The position numbers and the translations under genes are program-made. The notes under the pieces are model-generated. The model was not told the origin of the DNA. It saw only the letters and a program-made list of their open reading frames with translations, and did no database searches. DNA of 64,000 nucleotides from an uncultured Dehalococcoidaceae bacterium (GTDB lineage Bacteria > Chloroflexota > Dehalococcoidia > UBA2979): NCBI GenBank assembly GCA_964606125.1, contig CAZSFJ010000001.1, positions 1,409 through 65,408 of the forward strand, read 5' to 3'. Below are positions 1 to 9,688 of this stretch, piece by piece. Position 1 is the stretch's first letter. Every line of letters starts with the position of its first letter.

Positions 1-169
1 CCGATACCACCACTGAATACCACTCCGTTTGCTCCTGACTAGCCCCATCAGAATCTCGGAACCAGTAATTGACTGCTACGTTGAACGTAGCGATCAGTGC
101 GCCATTAGCAGAATTTCGCATTTCGGGATCAGCTCCCAAATGACCAATGATCTGACATTTATTTAACAT
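1..169 (-). CDS. ssb: Single-stranded DNA-binding protein, N-terminal part; the gene continues beyond the window start
   Basis: Minus-strand translation from the ATG at 169 gives MLNKCQIIGHLGADPEMRNSANGALIATFNVAVNYWFRDSDGASQEQTEWYSVVV, which matches the SSB OB-fold N-terminus (NKVILIG-LG-DPE ... TEWH-VV). It lies 30 nt downstream of the rpsF stop, the classical rpsF-ssb arrangement. Confidence 0.6.
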   Translation of the reverse strand, partial: MLNKCQIIGHLGADPEMRNSANGALIATFNVAVNYWFRDSDGASQEQTEWYSVVVS

Positions 170-198
170 CGCAATTGACCTTCAGAATTAATGTATCG

Positions 199-744
199 CT
201 ACTCATCAGCTTTCTCAACTTCTAAGGAAGTATCTACCACGGTAGATTCCTCAACGTCTGAAGGCTCCGACGTCTCGATTGTCTCTGATCCTATTTCGGT
301 GCTTACCGATTCTTCTCCATCTTCTGTTGAGTTTTCATCATTTGAGGCTATATCTGATGGCGGCGCGGCAGGGGCGAGTCTGGAAGGAGACACAACGCGT
401 TCTCTAGCTCCCTGCGCTATCGAAGTTGGAGTTTTTTCGTAAGCCGTGATGCCTTTCACCACTAGATGTCTCAGGATATTTTCTTGGAGATGTAGCCAGC
501 GTTCTAAGTCAGATATCGCTTGTCCTGGGACATCAATAGTGTAATGAGCATATGTTCCTTCAAGAACTTTTTCGATCGGGTACGCCAATCTCATTCGTCC
601 CCAAATGTCTGTACTCAAGACAGAACCATGTTGGGCAACTTCCTGTTCAACCCGTGCGACTCTGGACCCTACCTCATCTGTACTAAGACTAGGATGAAAA
701 ATACACGTTAATTCGTAGTTAGGCACATTACCTCCGCCCACCAT
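199..744 (-). CDS. rpsF: 30S ribosomal protein S6 with a long acidic (S/T/E/D-rich) C-terminal tail
   Basis: NYELTCIFHPSLS...VEQEV...DIWGRMRLAYPIEK...GTYAHYTIDV matches the S6 signature (YE-V-HP, WGRR-LAYPI). The C-terminal tail is low-complexity and acidic. The true start may lie slightly downstream of the first ATG. Confidence 0.7.
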   Translation of the reverse strand: MVGGGNVPNYELTCIFHPSLSTDEVGSRVARVEQEVAQHGSVLSTDIWGRMRLAYPIEKVLEGTYAHYTIDVPGQAISDLERWLHLQENILRHLVVKGITAYEKTPTSIAQGARERVVSPSRLAPAAPPSDIASNDENSTEDGEESVSTEIGSETIETSEPSDVEESTVVDTSLEVEKADE

Positions 745-832
745 GGCCTTTGGAGAACAGTATCTAAAACTGATCCCGATCAGCGGTTATGTTTATTTTC
801 TTGTTCTACTTATTATATCTCTTTTTGACTAT

Positions 833-2050
833 TTAGCCTCGCGGCAGACCTAACCCTCTGGTTGCAATAATGTTTCTCTGAATCTCACTTGTACCCGCGG
901 CTATCGTTGCACTGACGCTGGAAACATAAGATTGCGTAAATGAAGCCTTAAGAACTGAGCGCGAATCACTCTCATCCCATAGATTACTGTAAAGACCAAA
1001 AGTTTTCACTCCTGTATTTGCCAGCCTCTGGCTCAGCTCAGAATTAAATAATTTTGACGTAGATGCCTCATAGTTTGGAATTAATCCTCTTCCCTGCATA
1101 GAGACAATTCGGAAAGAAAAGTTGAACATTACTTCACTCTCGATGAATCGATCAGCCACTTCATACTTCAGGTTCGGGAATTCATCAAGTCGAGATCTTT
1201 GAGAACCATCTCCCTGAGCGTATTCGATAAGCCGACTAATAGAACGTCGTGCGGTTACAGCACCAGTGATGTTGGACCTCTCAAAATCAAGGAGAGTTGC
1301 TCCCACATACCAGCCTCGGTTTTCTTCACCCACCCTATTCTCTGCTGGGACTTTCACATCTTCAAAGAAAGTCTCATTGAAAACGTGTCCCCAGCCCATA
1401 TCGATCAAAGGACGCACTGACAGTCCCGGAGTCTTACCATCCATCAAAAGAAAAGATATGCCTCGGTGTTTTGGCGCATCTGGGTCAGTTCTTGCTAGCG
1501 CAAAAAACCAATCTGCGTTGTGCGCCCCTGAAGTCCAAATCTTCTGGCCATTCAGCGTATATTCATCGCCATCTCTGACTGCTCGAGTCTGCAGTGATGC
1601 CAAATCAGATCCCGACCCAGGCTCTGAATAGCCTTGGGCCCACACCACCTCACCATTGAGAATTTTCGGCAGGTGCTGCTTCTTCTGATCCTCAGTCCCA
1701 TGAACGATCAAAGTCGGACCGAGCATCGCCACTCCTGAGCCGCCAATACTCGGAGCGCCCGCATCAGTCATCTCCATATTGAAAATAAACTGCTCGATCG
1801 TGGTTAAGCCAGCCCCGCCATATTCTGTTGGCCACTGTGGAGCAACCCATCCTCTATCACCCAAAGCATCCGCCCAATTTCTTGCCGGACCGGATTCAGT
1901 GTCATCAGCTGATCGGCGATCCTCTACCCACGAGGCGTTTGAAGGGAACCCAAGCTCATCGCGCTGATAGCGCTGCGGGAGATTACCATCGATGAATTCT
2001 TTGACTTCAGTTCTAAAGTTTGCCTGCTCGGGACTATCATTCCAATCCAT
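833..2050 (-). CDS. Acyl-CoA dehydrogenase family protein
   Basis: 405 aa with ACAD motifs (YSEPGSGSDLASLQTRA..DGDEYTLNGQKIWTSGAHNADW) and a C-terminal GTSEIQRNII motif typical of the ACAD helical domain. Confidence 0.8.
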   Translation of the reverse strand: MDWNDSPEQANFRTEVKEFIDGNLPQRYQRDELGFPSNASWVEDRRSADDTESGPARNWADALGDRGWVAPQWPTEYGGAGLTTIEQFIFNMEMTDAGAPSIGGSGVAMLGPTLIVHGTEDQKKQHLPKILNGEVVWAQGYSEPGSGSDLASLQTRAVRDGDEYTLNGQKIWTSGAHNADWFFALARTDPDAPKHRGISFLLMDGKTPGLSVRPLIDMGWGHVFNETFFEDVKVPAENRVGEENRGWYVGATLLDFERSNITGAVTARRSISRLIEYAQGDGSQRSRLDEFPNLKYEVADRFIESEVMFNFSFRIVSMQGRGLIPNYEASTSKLFNSELSQRLANTGVKTFGLYSNLWDESDSRSVLKASFTQSYVSSVSATIAAGTSEIQRNIIATRGLGLPRG

Positions 2051-2132
2051 ACATTGCTCCTTGGCGAATCAAATCTCTTTTTAGGATCACAAGTGTAACG
2101 TAATGGATAAAGCCACGCTACGTACTACTTAC

Positions 2133-3608
2133 TTACTTAAATCGCCTGACTACCTTTAACGCTTCTGTCCATCTCTCCCGAGAGATTCGACGAGTCTCAG
2201 GATCGATCTCACCTGTAAAAATTTTTCCGTCAGGTCGATTAGCCAGTGTTTCGAAATCAATAATGCTTGCTTCAACCCCGGCCATACCTGCAACGCCTCT
2301 TGCAGTATTTTCCAAAAACTCAGCACGGAGAATCGGGATATCCAAAATATCTGCTTGGAATTGCATCAACCAGTCGTTTGCGGCTGCACCTCCGTCGACA
2401 CGCAACTCAGATATTTCGTAACCGGCTTCAAAAAAAGTGTCTATCACGTCGCTCGTCTGATGAGCGATCGCTTCGAGTCCGGCTCGTATTAAATGAAACT
2501 TGTTCGTATCACGACTAATACCTAGAAATGCTCCACGGACCTCCTCGTCCCAATGCGGAGAACCCAAACCAGTGAAACCTGGGATCATTACAACTCCTCC
2601 ACTATCATCAAGGGCAGAGGCAATTTCCGCAGTCTCTGCTGCTTCTTCAAAAAATCCGAGCTGATCTCGCAGCCATTGGACTGTCGAGCCAGCAGAAAAT
2701 ATGGACCCCTCCAAAACATATTGTTTTTTCTGCTTCGAGGATGATGCGGCTACGGTGGTAAGAATCCCGTCGATCAACTCAGGCTCAGTATCACCGGCAA
2801 TTGCGAGAATAAAGCTTCCGGTCCCGTAGGTATTTTTAGCCTGACCCTGCGTAAAACATCCATGCCCAAACAATGCAGCCTGCTGATCACCTGAGACTGC
2901 ACGAATCGTTGCCCGACGTCCAAATATGTTTTCGGATATGGAACCAAATTGACCTCCGGAAGTTAAGACTTCTGGAAGACAGTGCCTTGGTAAATCGAGT
3001 TCCCTGAGTAACTCTTCATCCCAATCCTCAGTATGAATATTCCAAACCATTGTGCGTGATGCGTTAGTCTGATCGGTAAGGTGCTTACCTCCGGTGAGTC
3101 TCCAGATCAGCCAACTATCGACAGTTCCAAAAAGTAATTCACCTCGATCTGCTCGATCCTGACCATCAGGCAGCATGTCCAGTATGAACCGCCATTTTGG
3201 TGCCGAGAAATACGAATCAATGACTAGCCCTGTTTTTTTTCTTACGGCCTGTGCCAAACCCCTGGATCTTAAATCCTCGCAAATAGTGGTGGTTTGCCTA
3301 GACTGCCAAACAATCGCTGGATACACCGCTTGACCCGTGTAGATATCCCAGACAACAGCCGTCTCCCGCTGATTAGTGATTCCGACAAGGAGTTCACCTT
3401 TAATAAGATTATTATTTCTCGTAACTACGGATTGAGCAGTAGCTAGTACACCCTGAAGAAGTTTCTCTGGATCTTGTTCAACCCATCCCTGATGAGGAAA
3501 ATATTGAGTGACAGAGACACTCTCCATGTCTAACACGTTGAGAGACTGGTCAAAAAGAATCGCCCTTGAGGAAGTCGTACCTTGGTCGATAGCAAGTATA
3601 TGAGTCAT
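2133..3608 (-). CDS. glpK: Glycerol kinase (FGGY carbohydrate kinase)
   Basis: 491 aa with N-terminal ILAIDQGTTSSRAILFD, WDIYTGQ and FGTVDSWLIWRLTGG, the canonical GlpK motifs. Confidence 0.85.
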   Translation of the reverse strand: MTHILAIDQGTTSSRAILFDQSLNVLDMESVSVTQYFPHQGWVEQDPEKLLQGVLATAQSVVTRNNNLIKGELLVGITNQRETAVVWDIYTGQAVYPAIVWQSRQTTTICEDLRSRGLAQAVRKKTGLVIDSYFSAPKWRFILDMLPDGQDRADRGELLFGTVDSWLIWRLTGGKHLTDQTNASRTMVWNIHTEDWDEELLRELDLPRHCLPEVLTSGGQFGSISENIFGRRATIRAVSGDQQAALFGHGCFTQGQAKNTYGTGSFILAIAGDTEPELIDGILTTVAASSSKQKKQYVLEGSIFSAGSTVQWLRDQLGFFEEAAETAEIASALDDSGGVVMIPGFTGLGSPHWDEEVRGAFLGISRDTNKFHLIRAGLEAIAHQTSDVIDTFFEAGYEISELRVDGGAAANDWLMQFQADILDIPILRAEFLENTARGVAGMAGVEASIIDFETLANRPDGKIFTGEIDPETRRISRERWTEALKVVRRFK

Positions 3609-3712
3609 AGTCAGAGAATAATAAAACTACAAGTCATTGTTTCGGTAGTGATTATTGAAAATTCATCTGCGGCCGTGATCATCGCACCGTTGCCTTTCCG
3701 CCAGCCGTTGAA

Positions 3713-5074
3713 TCAATCGCTCAGTTCGGCAGGGGTCGTAGAAACCAAATCCCTTGCTGAACCTTTCTGAGGTGACCCGATCGCCTCAACTCCGAACGTC
3801 TTAGCCCTACTCGACAGCCCGATCAGCACTAGCAAGGCTGCCATTAGTACACCTAATATGCCAAACAAAGTTGCAGCTGATATTACGTCAGCTAGTCGGC
3901 CCATTGGTGCGGCACTAAGAGATAGGAAGGCCATTGAAAACATAAATAAGCTCATCACACGACCTCGGTACTCAGGCGGTGCTTCATCCATCATCATTGC
4001 TTGATTAACGCCCATGAACGCGGTCATAGCGCCGCCGGAGATAAATATAGGCATAACCACGCCAACAAAACCGAATGAGGAAAAGATCCAAATACTAGCA
4101 ATACTTAGACTCCCGATGATGCCGGCAACCCATTGAATCATTGGTTTCCGATTTGATTGGGTTAGTCTTGCAACCAAAATCGATCCAATCAAACCACCTA
4201 GTCCGCCAATCGCAACCATGGCACCTGCCCAAAATTGCCAGTTGGAGTTCGCCGGCATTAGCTCACTCTCGACAAATCCCGGGAACTGCGTCTGAAGTGG
4301 CATTCCTATGGCACCAATTATCATCATCATGAGAACCAGCCTTCGAATACCAGCGTTTGCGAATACAAAGCTCAAACCGCTTCCGATGGAGCCGAATAAA
4401 TTTTGATTTGGCTTCGAAGCAGCATTTGAACCCGAATCTCTATCCGCTTGTCCTATCCCGGTCGGTACCATGAGTACTGTCGCTACCGATAATAAATAAC
4501 AAAGTGAGATTCCGAAGTAGCCCCATTCAAACCCTATAAAGCCAGCAACTAATCCCCCTAATGCTGGGCCAATTGCTCTCATCGCCGTCATTGGCATCAT
4601 TGAAAGAGCCACTGCACTTAATCTCTGGTGTTCGGGAACTGTATCGATCATTAAAGGAGTTCGTGAAGGCATACCAACTGAAACAAAACTCCCTTGAATT
4701 AGACCGATTGAAAAGAGTAACCAGAAATTGATCAAATTAGTGAGCACCAAAATACCTGTCACTGCAGCTATACAAACCGATGCAGCCTGAGACAACAAAA
4801 TAAGATTTCGTTTCTCGAAGCGATCAGCCAGGGCTCCTCCAAGTAGCGAAAACAAACCCATAGGCAGGCCAAAGGACAGTACTAAGAACGCAGACATCGT
4901 GAAGTTACCAGTGAGATCCCAGGCAAGCATTCCTCGTATGATTTGCTGAGCATTCATACCAAGCATCGACACTGCTGAGGACAGCCAGAGGAGTTTATAG
5001 TTCCGATAGGCAAACACCTGCATCGCTACTCTAAGGGACGGCCGCTGAGATTCTCCTGTCGATCTAGTATTCAT
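3713..5074 (-). CDS. MFS-family transporter with 12 predicted TM segments
   Basis: Long hydrophobic protein with an MFS-like organisation. The ORF extends to 5218, but the first TM (YRNYKLLWLSSAVSMLGM) follows the Met at 5074 (MNTRSTGES...), so the upstream 48 codons are probably not translated. Confidence 0.65.
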   Translation of the reverse strand: MNTRSTGESQRPSLRVAMQVFAYRNYKLLWLSSAVSMLGMNAQQIIRGMLAWDLTGNFTMSAFLVLSFGLPMGLFSLLGGALADRFEKRNLILLSQAASVCIAAVTGILVLTNLINFWLLFSIGLIQGSFVSVGMPSRTPLMIDTVPEHQRLSAVALSMMPMTAMRAIGPALGGLVAGFIGFEWGYFGISLCYLLSVATVLMVPTGIGQADRDSGSNAASKPNQNLFGSIGSGLSFVFANAGIRRLVLMMMIIGAIGMPLQTQFPGFVESELMPANSNWQFWAGAMVAIGGLGGLIGSILVARLTQSNRKPMIQWVAGIIGSLSIASIWIFSSFGFVGVVMPIFISGGAMTAFMGVNQAMMMDEAPPEYRGRVMSLFMFSMAFLSLSAAPMGRLADVISAATLFGILGVLMAALLVLIGLSSRAKTFGVEAIGSPQKGSARDLVSTTPAELSD

Positions 5075-5448
5075 CACCAAAATGTAGTTCCTCTCAAAAA
5101 GTATCCGCCATAGGCAGAAACAAAGTTCGTGGGAGCATTGCAACTCAACATCGAGCTTACGACCCTCAATGCTAACCAAGCTTCTGTTTACGTGCTGTCG
5201 TTCGGATGAATGCGACATCCATATTTTGAAACTGCGGTTCGGCGGGATCCTGATCAGTTTAAATTTGTACTTTTACAATTGCAGTTTCGCACAAGCTAAT
5301 GCGGATACTGGAAAAATGTCTTAATCTAACCTTCGGGAAGAGGGCAAATCGGTAACCCGTTGACGATAGCTTCGTGGTGCGGTTAGATTCCTCCCAAGAA
5401 CTTGAAGGTTTGTGTTAAAACGTAAGTATGCAAGCGCTGGAGGTTTGA

Positions 5449-5550
5449 ATGCTTGGTGAAGGCGAAGGTCTCGAGCTTTTGGGCGTGTTCATCACCTTCA
5501 TATTGGGGCTCGGCCTGATGGTTGCTTTTGGCAAATGGTGGGAATCATAG
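5449..5550 (+). CDS. Candidate 33-aa single-TM mini-protein (MLGEGEGLELLGVFITFILGLGLMVAFGKWWES) upstream of the cytochrome b gene
   Basis: A strong Shine-Dalgarno sequence GGAGGT sits 5 nt upstream of the ATG. One hydrophobic helix. It lies 62 nt upstream of the petB-like gene and was not in the ORF track because it is under 60 aa. Confidence 0.3.
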   Translation: MLGEGEGLELLGVFITFILGLGLMVAFGKWWES

Positions 5551-5612
5551 TTATAAAAAGACTTTAAATTTGTTTGTACTAGAATTAAAACAAATAGGAT
5601 TGGGAACAATGA

Positions 5613-6368
5613 ATGGCTTCAAATGAGCGGCCTCAGCGAGCTTCCGTAGGAGACAAACTCTACGATATTGCGTTTCAGAACCGAGTGTGGAGATCGATTT
5701 TCCGATCTGGTTATCCGAATACTCCCAGAAATCAAATGTTGGCTGTAGCCACTAACGTATTCCTTCATTTGCATCCAACTCGTATCCATCGTACGCATGT
5801 GAAAATTACTCATACCTTTTGTCTCGGCGGCCTCTCCTTTTTCCTTTTCCTCGGACTGACTATTACCGGCGTTCTGCTGATGTTCTACTATGTGCCGTCA
5901 GTTGAGCGGGCGTACCAAGACGTGTTGGCGTTAGAGACTGACGTACGTTTTGGTCAGTTAATGAGAAACATGCATCGCTGGATGGCACATGGGATGGTTC
6001 TCACCGTCATCATGCATATGATGAGGGTCTTCTATACCGGCGCTTATAAACCCCCACGTGAGTTCAATTGGGTTGTAGGCGTCGTCCTATTGGTACTAAC
6101 ACTCCTACTTTCGTTCACCGGGTACTTATTGCCTTGGGATCAATTGGCGTTATGGGCGATAACTGTCGGTACGAACATGGTGGGCTCTGCGCCTCTACTT
6201 GGTGAACCAAATCGATTCGTACTCGTAGGCGGCTATCAAGTCGGGCAAGCAGCACTGATTCGTTTCTATACACTACATGTAATTGGGTTACCTCTACTGG
6301 CAGCGGTCTTCATGATGGTTCACTTTTGGAGGATTAGACGAGACGGCGGCTTAGCACGACCACTATAA
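5613..6368 (+). CDS. Cytochrome b6-type (split cytochrome b N-terminal, 4-TM haem-binding subunit)
   Basis: 251 aa, alignable by eye to cytochrome b6 (FYY.P...[31 protein letters not shown]...TGY.LPWDQ.A.WA...RFYTLH...MVHF..IR..G), and ends in GGLARPL like b6. Confidence 0.85.
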   Translation: MASNERPQRASVGDKLYDIAFQNRVWRSIFRSGYPNTPRNQMLAVATNVFLHLHPTRIHRTHVKITHTFCLGGLSFFLFLGLTITGVLLMFYYVPSVERAYQDVLALETDVRFGQLMRNMHRWMAHGMVLTVIMHMMRVFYTGAYKPPREFNWVVGVVLLVLTLLLSFTGYLLPWDQLALWAITVGTNMVGSAPLLGEPNRFVLVGGYQVGQAALIRFYTLHVIGLPLLAAVFMMVHFWRIRRDGGLARPL

Positions 6369-6413
6369 GAAATATAAAATAAACAAATTGGAACATGATA
6401 CTGAAGGAAATTC

Positions 6414-7478
6414 ATGACAACAGCAAACCCAGAAACCCCTAGCGAACCAATCTCGAAGGCGGTTCGTGGCCGAAAAAGCAGGGCTCGCGAAGAGGAGCTT
6501 TTGGTATGGCCAGATCTGGTTTTCATTGAATTTATATGTGCAGTACTATTCACCGTTCTTATTCTAATTCTGGCGGTTATGGTGGATTCAATTCTTCTTG
6601 ATCGCGCTAATCCCGCAGTTACCCCAAATCCGTCGAAGGCACCCTGGTACTTCCTAAATCTACAAGAACTCCTATTACACATGCATCCCGCGTTAGCCGG
6701 TGTAATCGTTCCAACTGTGGCACTAATTGCACTAGGAGCGATTCCCTACTTTGACAACTCCAACGTTGGGCAAGGAGAATGGCTATCGACCCCACGAGCT
6801 TGGCTCAACCTTTGGGTGGGAGCGTTTGTGGGTTTCTTCGGTACTCTACTGTTAATTTTTTATGACGCTAGCAAGCACGTTCAGCTGTTCGAAATGATTG
6901 CAAATGGGTCACTCTCAGCTAAGGCCCCGCCACCGCCCTCAGCCCTTCAGTACTCTGAAGCCCTAGCTTCAAATGGTAAAACAATACCGGAAGGTCTACA
7001 GGCAATTGTTAGTGGAGCAAATGAACTAGTTCAACCAACCGATACCGTCCCTTCCGAATTTTACTCGCAGTCTTTTTGGAACGGTCAAAATGGATTCACA
7101 GCCTGGCCAGAACAACTTGAATTCCTCACGACTCTTAGAGGGATTCAAACTGGTATTCCGTGGCCAGAGTGGACCAAGGAAATCCCGCTTGGCAATCTAC
7201 TTAGAACTGACCTTTTCGGGTTTCCGCGGATCGAACTTAATGTTGACGTTCCGGCCCTTATAGTCGAACAAATTATTCCAGTCACAGCGATGATAGGGTT
7301 GCCAGTGCTTCTAGCTGTTGTTGCATCAAAGCTTGGGATAGCAAAAACAAAACGGGATCATATGATCATGCAGTTCTCAGGATTCATAGCAGTTTATGTG
7401 GTCCTCACCATAATCGGAACCTACTTCCGAGGTGTTGGCCTGGAACTAGAGCCGTACACGATATTTGCGCACCCTTAG
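6414..7478 (+). CDS. Subunit IV-like (cytochrome b C-terminal domain homolog) with a ~190-aa C-terminal membrane extension
   Basis: The N-terminal half has the PEWY-type motif (APWYFLNLQELL) and the TM pattern of b6f subunit IV. At 354 aa it is about twice the usual length, with additional hydrophobic helices. Confidence 0.7.
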   Translation: MTTANPETPSEPISKAVRGRKSRAREEELLVWPDLVFIEFICAVLFTVLILILAVMVDSILLDRANPAVTPNPSKAPWYFLNLQELLLHMHPALAGVIVPTVALIALGAIPYFDNSNVGQGEWLSTPRAWLNLWVGAFVGFFGTLLLIFYDASKHVQLFEMIANGSLSAKAPPPPSALQYSEALASNGKTIPEGLQAIVSGANELVQPTDTVPSEFYSQSFWNGQNGFTAWPEQLEFLTTLRGIQTGIPWPEWTKEIPLGNLLRTDLFGFPRIELNVDVPALIVEQIIPVTAMIGLPVLLAVVASKLGIAKTKRDHMIMQFSGFIAVYVVLTIIGTYFRGVGLELEPYTIFAHP

Positions 7479-7501
7479 GAAGAAACAGAAAGTAATTAGT
7501 C

Positions 7502-8170
7502 ATGACAAGTGAGTCCGATCAACAGTCACCTACAGATGCATGGCGAGCAGCTATTGCATCTCGAAAGACACAGATGGAGGACTCAGAGGGCGTCCCAGCT
7601 GCTCCGGTCACACCAGTAGATTACGATGCCTCTCGGCGGCAATTCATCAGGGCCTCGTTTTGGAGTGGGCTTGGTGTCACTCTCCTTGGCTCCGTAGGAC
7701 TTCTTCTTGATTTCCTGTATCCAAGAAATGTGAGAGGTTTTGGAGGACCTGTACCGGCTGGCAATGTAGCAGATTATCAGAGAGGTGATGCTCCAAAAGC
7801 TAACTCTGAGGGTCAATTCTGGATCGCAAATCTAGACCCGACTGAATCTCGACCTGGTGGCTCAGGTGGTGCGAAGGGGCTCATCGCCTTATGGAGAAAG
7901 TGTCCGCACCTGGGATGTACAGTTCCGTGGAAAGCAAATTCTGGAGCAGTGCCATTCCCGGGAGACCCTGGTTGGTATATCTGCCCGTGCCATGGTTCAA
8001 CCTATACTAAGGCAGGAGTGCGAGTTTACGGTCCGGCCCCGCGTTCTATGGATACCATGCAGATCGACATTGATGACGCCGGAAATATAACAGTGCAAAC
8101 GGGGATGGTGACGCAGGGAGGGCCTGACAACCCAGACAGAGCCGTCGATCATCCACTTCTTCCGAGTTGA
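7502..8170 (+). CDS. Rieske [2Fe-2S] iron-sulfur protein
   Basis: Twin-arginine-like signal (SRRQFIRASFWSGLGV) and both Rieske boxes, CPHLGC and CPCHGS. Confidence 0.85.
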   Translation: MTSESDQQSPTDAWRAAIASRKTQMEDSEGVPAAPVTPVDYDASRRQFIRASFWSGLGVTLLGSVGLLLDFLYPRNVRGFGGPVPAGNVADYQRGDAPKANSEGQFWIANLDPTESRPGGSGGAKGLIALWRKCPHLGCTVPWKANSGAVPFPGDPGWYICPCHGSTYTKAGVRVYGPAPRSMDTMQIDIDDAGNITVQTGMVTQGGPDNPDRAVDHPLLPS

Positions 8171-8219
8171 TTTTCCAGATATAAATTAAAATAACGACTA
8201 TTAAAAAGAAAGCGATCGA

Positions 8220-9269
8220 ATGAATACAAGCAAACAGGTTAATCTGATGATTGGACTCCTGTTCATTGCCTTCCTATTTTTCGGCGCTTATATCGCCCGG
8301 GAGCAGCTAAGAGCGGAAGAAGCTGACGTCCACCAAAATGAAGAGCTCGTCCACAGAGGAGCCGAACTCTACCACAACAACTGCATGAGTTGTCATGGAC
8401 TTGTTGGTGAAGGTAATATTGGTCCTGCTCTTAACTCTGATTTCTTCCGAACCACGTCTAGTACTCCGGAGGGTGAGTTCCGGGAAGTATATGACTATCT
8501 CTTCAACACTCTATCGTGTGGTCGATCAGGTGCTTACATGCCTCTTTGGAGCGAAAGATTTGGCGGCCCACTCTCAGAGACTCAAATCGACTATCTGGTG
8601 AAACTCATTATGCAGGGTCGTTGGGATCTTGCAGAAGAAGCTAACGAAGAGCACTATCATCATTTAATCGAAGGCTGGGAAGCCCAAAAAACAGACGCTG
8701 AGCGAAGGAATGCACCTGTACCAACCAAACCAGTTCCCGAAGACTGGCTAGTTACCATCGACGCCACCGCTAGTCTCGCGGTCACAGCCGATAACTGTGG
8801 CCAATACACTATGGATACCAGAAGCAAGCTGTATGCTCGTACCCCATTTGCTCCCTCGCAAGAAGCTTCAGTCTCCGATGAATCGTCCACTCAAGAGGCT
8901 GCACCCGTTGAGGCCCCGCCTGAAGGAGTCCTTGTGGTAGATCTGGCCAAGGATGGGCCCTACGCCATCACGTCTGCTGATGCAATATCTGCCGGAGATG
9001 ATATTAAAATCCAAGTAAAAAACAACGCAGCACTTATTCATAATTTGCGAATATCGAGGACAGATCTTGCTGCTGACAATTTACCTACCAATGACCAAGC
9101 CATGGTTGATGAGGACTCCGTAGGTGAAATTTTATATGCGAGTGAGGATCTTCAAAATGGTGGTGAGGCTAGCGGTGAGATTGCGCTAAGTCCGGGAAGC
9201 TATGTACTCTTCTGTAACATCCCTGGCCATTACCAGTTGAGGATGTATAAGACAATCAACGTTGAATAG
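8220..9269 (+). CDS. Membrane-anchored monoheme cytochrome c fused to a C-terminal type-1 copper (cupredoxin) domain
   Basis: N-terminal TM anchor, CMSCHG haem-binding motif, and a C-terminal cupredoxin ligand pattern (H...FCNIPGHYQLRM, i.e. Cys-x4-His-x4-Met). Confidence 0.7.
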   Translation: MNTSKQVNLMIGLLFIAFLFFGAYIAREQLRAEEADVHQNEELVHRGAELYHNNCMSCHGLVGEGNIGPALNSDFFRTTSSTPEGEFREVYDYLFNTLSCGRSGAYMPLWSERFGGPLSETQIDYLVKLIMQGRWDLAEEANEEHYHHLIEGWEAQKTDAERRNAPVPTKPVPEDWLVTIDATASLAVTADNCGQYTMDTRSKLYARTPFAPSQEASVSDESSTQEAAPVEAPPEGVLVVDLAKDGPYAITSADAISAGDDIKIQVKNNAALIHNLRISRTDLAADNLPTNDQAMVDEDSVGEILYASEDLQNGGEASGEIALSPGSYVLFCNIPGHYQLRMYKTINVE

Positions 9270-9295
9270 CTATTAATTCTAGTGAAGGGGGTTTC

Positions 9296-9412
9296 ATGGC
9301 TACCACAGGAAAGCGTTATAAATGTCCGGCATGCGACGCAGAATTCATTGTCACGCGTGGGGCAGATGAGGCAGAACTCAAATGCGGTGACAGTGTATTA
9401 GAGCAAATCTAA
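9296..9412 (+). CDS. Candidate 38-aa Cys-containing mini-protein (MATTGKRYKCPACDAEFIVTRGADEAELKCGDSVLEQI)
   Basis: Strong SD (GAAGGGGG) upstream. CxxC plus a third Cys, with a faint desulforedoxin/rubredoxin-like pattern (YKC..C....V..G...EL.C). Not in the ORF track because it is under 60 aa. Confidence 0.35.
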   Translation: MATTGKRYKCPACDAEFIVTRGADEAELKCGDSVLEQI

Positions 9413-9461
9413 TAGTCCCCTAGAGATACGTAAATACAAATTTGAACTACTGGAGGTCCAA

Positions 9462-9605
9462 ATGGCGGTCGCATTAGGTAAAAGATATAAAGATGAAGAA
9501 TCAGGGGTAGAGGTGCTATGCATCAAGCCAGGTGAATGTGACCTGAATATTGATGGAAGACCCATGGAAGAACTCCAGCCCAAAGTTCTACCGTCGGCCG
9601 ATTAG
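9462..9605 (+). CDS. Candidate 47-aa mini-protein paralogous at its N-terminus to the preceding one (MAVALGKRYKDEESGVEVLCIKPGECDL...)
   Basis: SD GGAGGT 3-4 nt upstream of the ATG. It shares the M-A-x-x-x-GKRYK start with the ORF at 9296-9412 and contains two Cys. Confidence 0.3.
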   Translation: MAVALGKRYKDEESGVEVLCIKPGECDLNIDGRPMEELQPKVLPSAD

Positions 9606-9688
9606 GTCGACTGGCGAATTAGACTGATTGCAGGCTATAATTCCAGACCAGCGCATTCACAAGTGCGCACTCTACTTTTGTAAAGAAT

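Noticed and set aside
191-711. Plus-strand ORFs 191-442 and 520-711 (83 and 63 aa)
   Set aside because: They lie entirely antisense to rpsF, are low-complexity and Ser/Thr-rich, and are the mirror of the acidic S6 tail. The rpsF reading is strongly supported by homology.
5415-5609. 64-aa minus-strand ORF in the cytochrome b upstream region
   Set aside because: It has no SD or homology and overlaps the better-supported plus-strand mini-ORF with a GGAGGT SD. Most likely a chance ORF in a promoter region.
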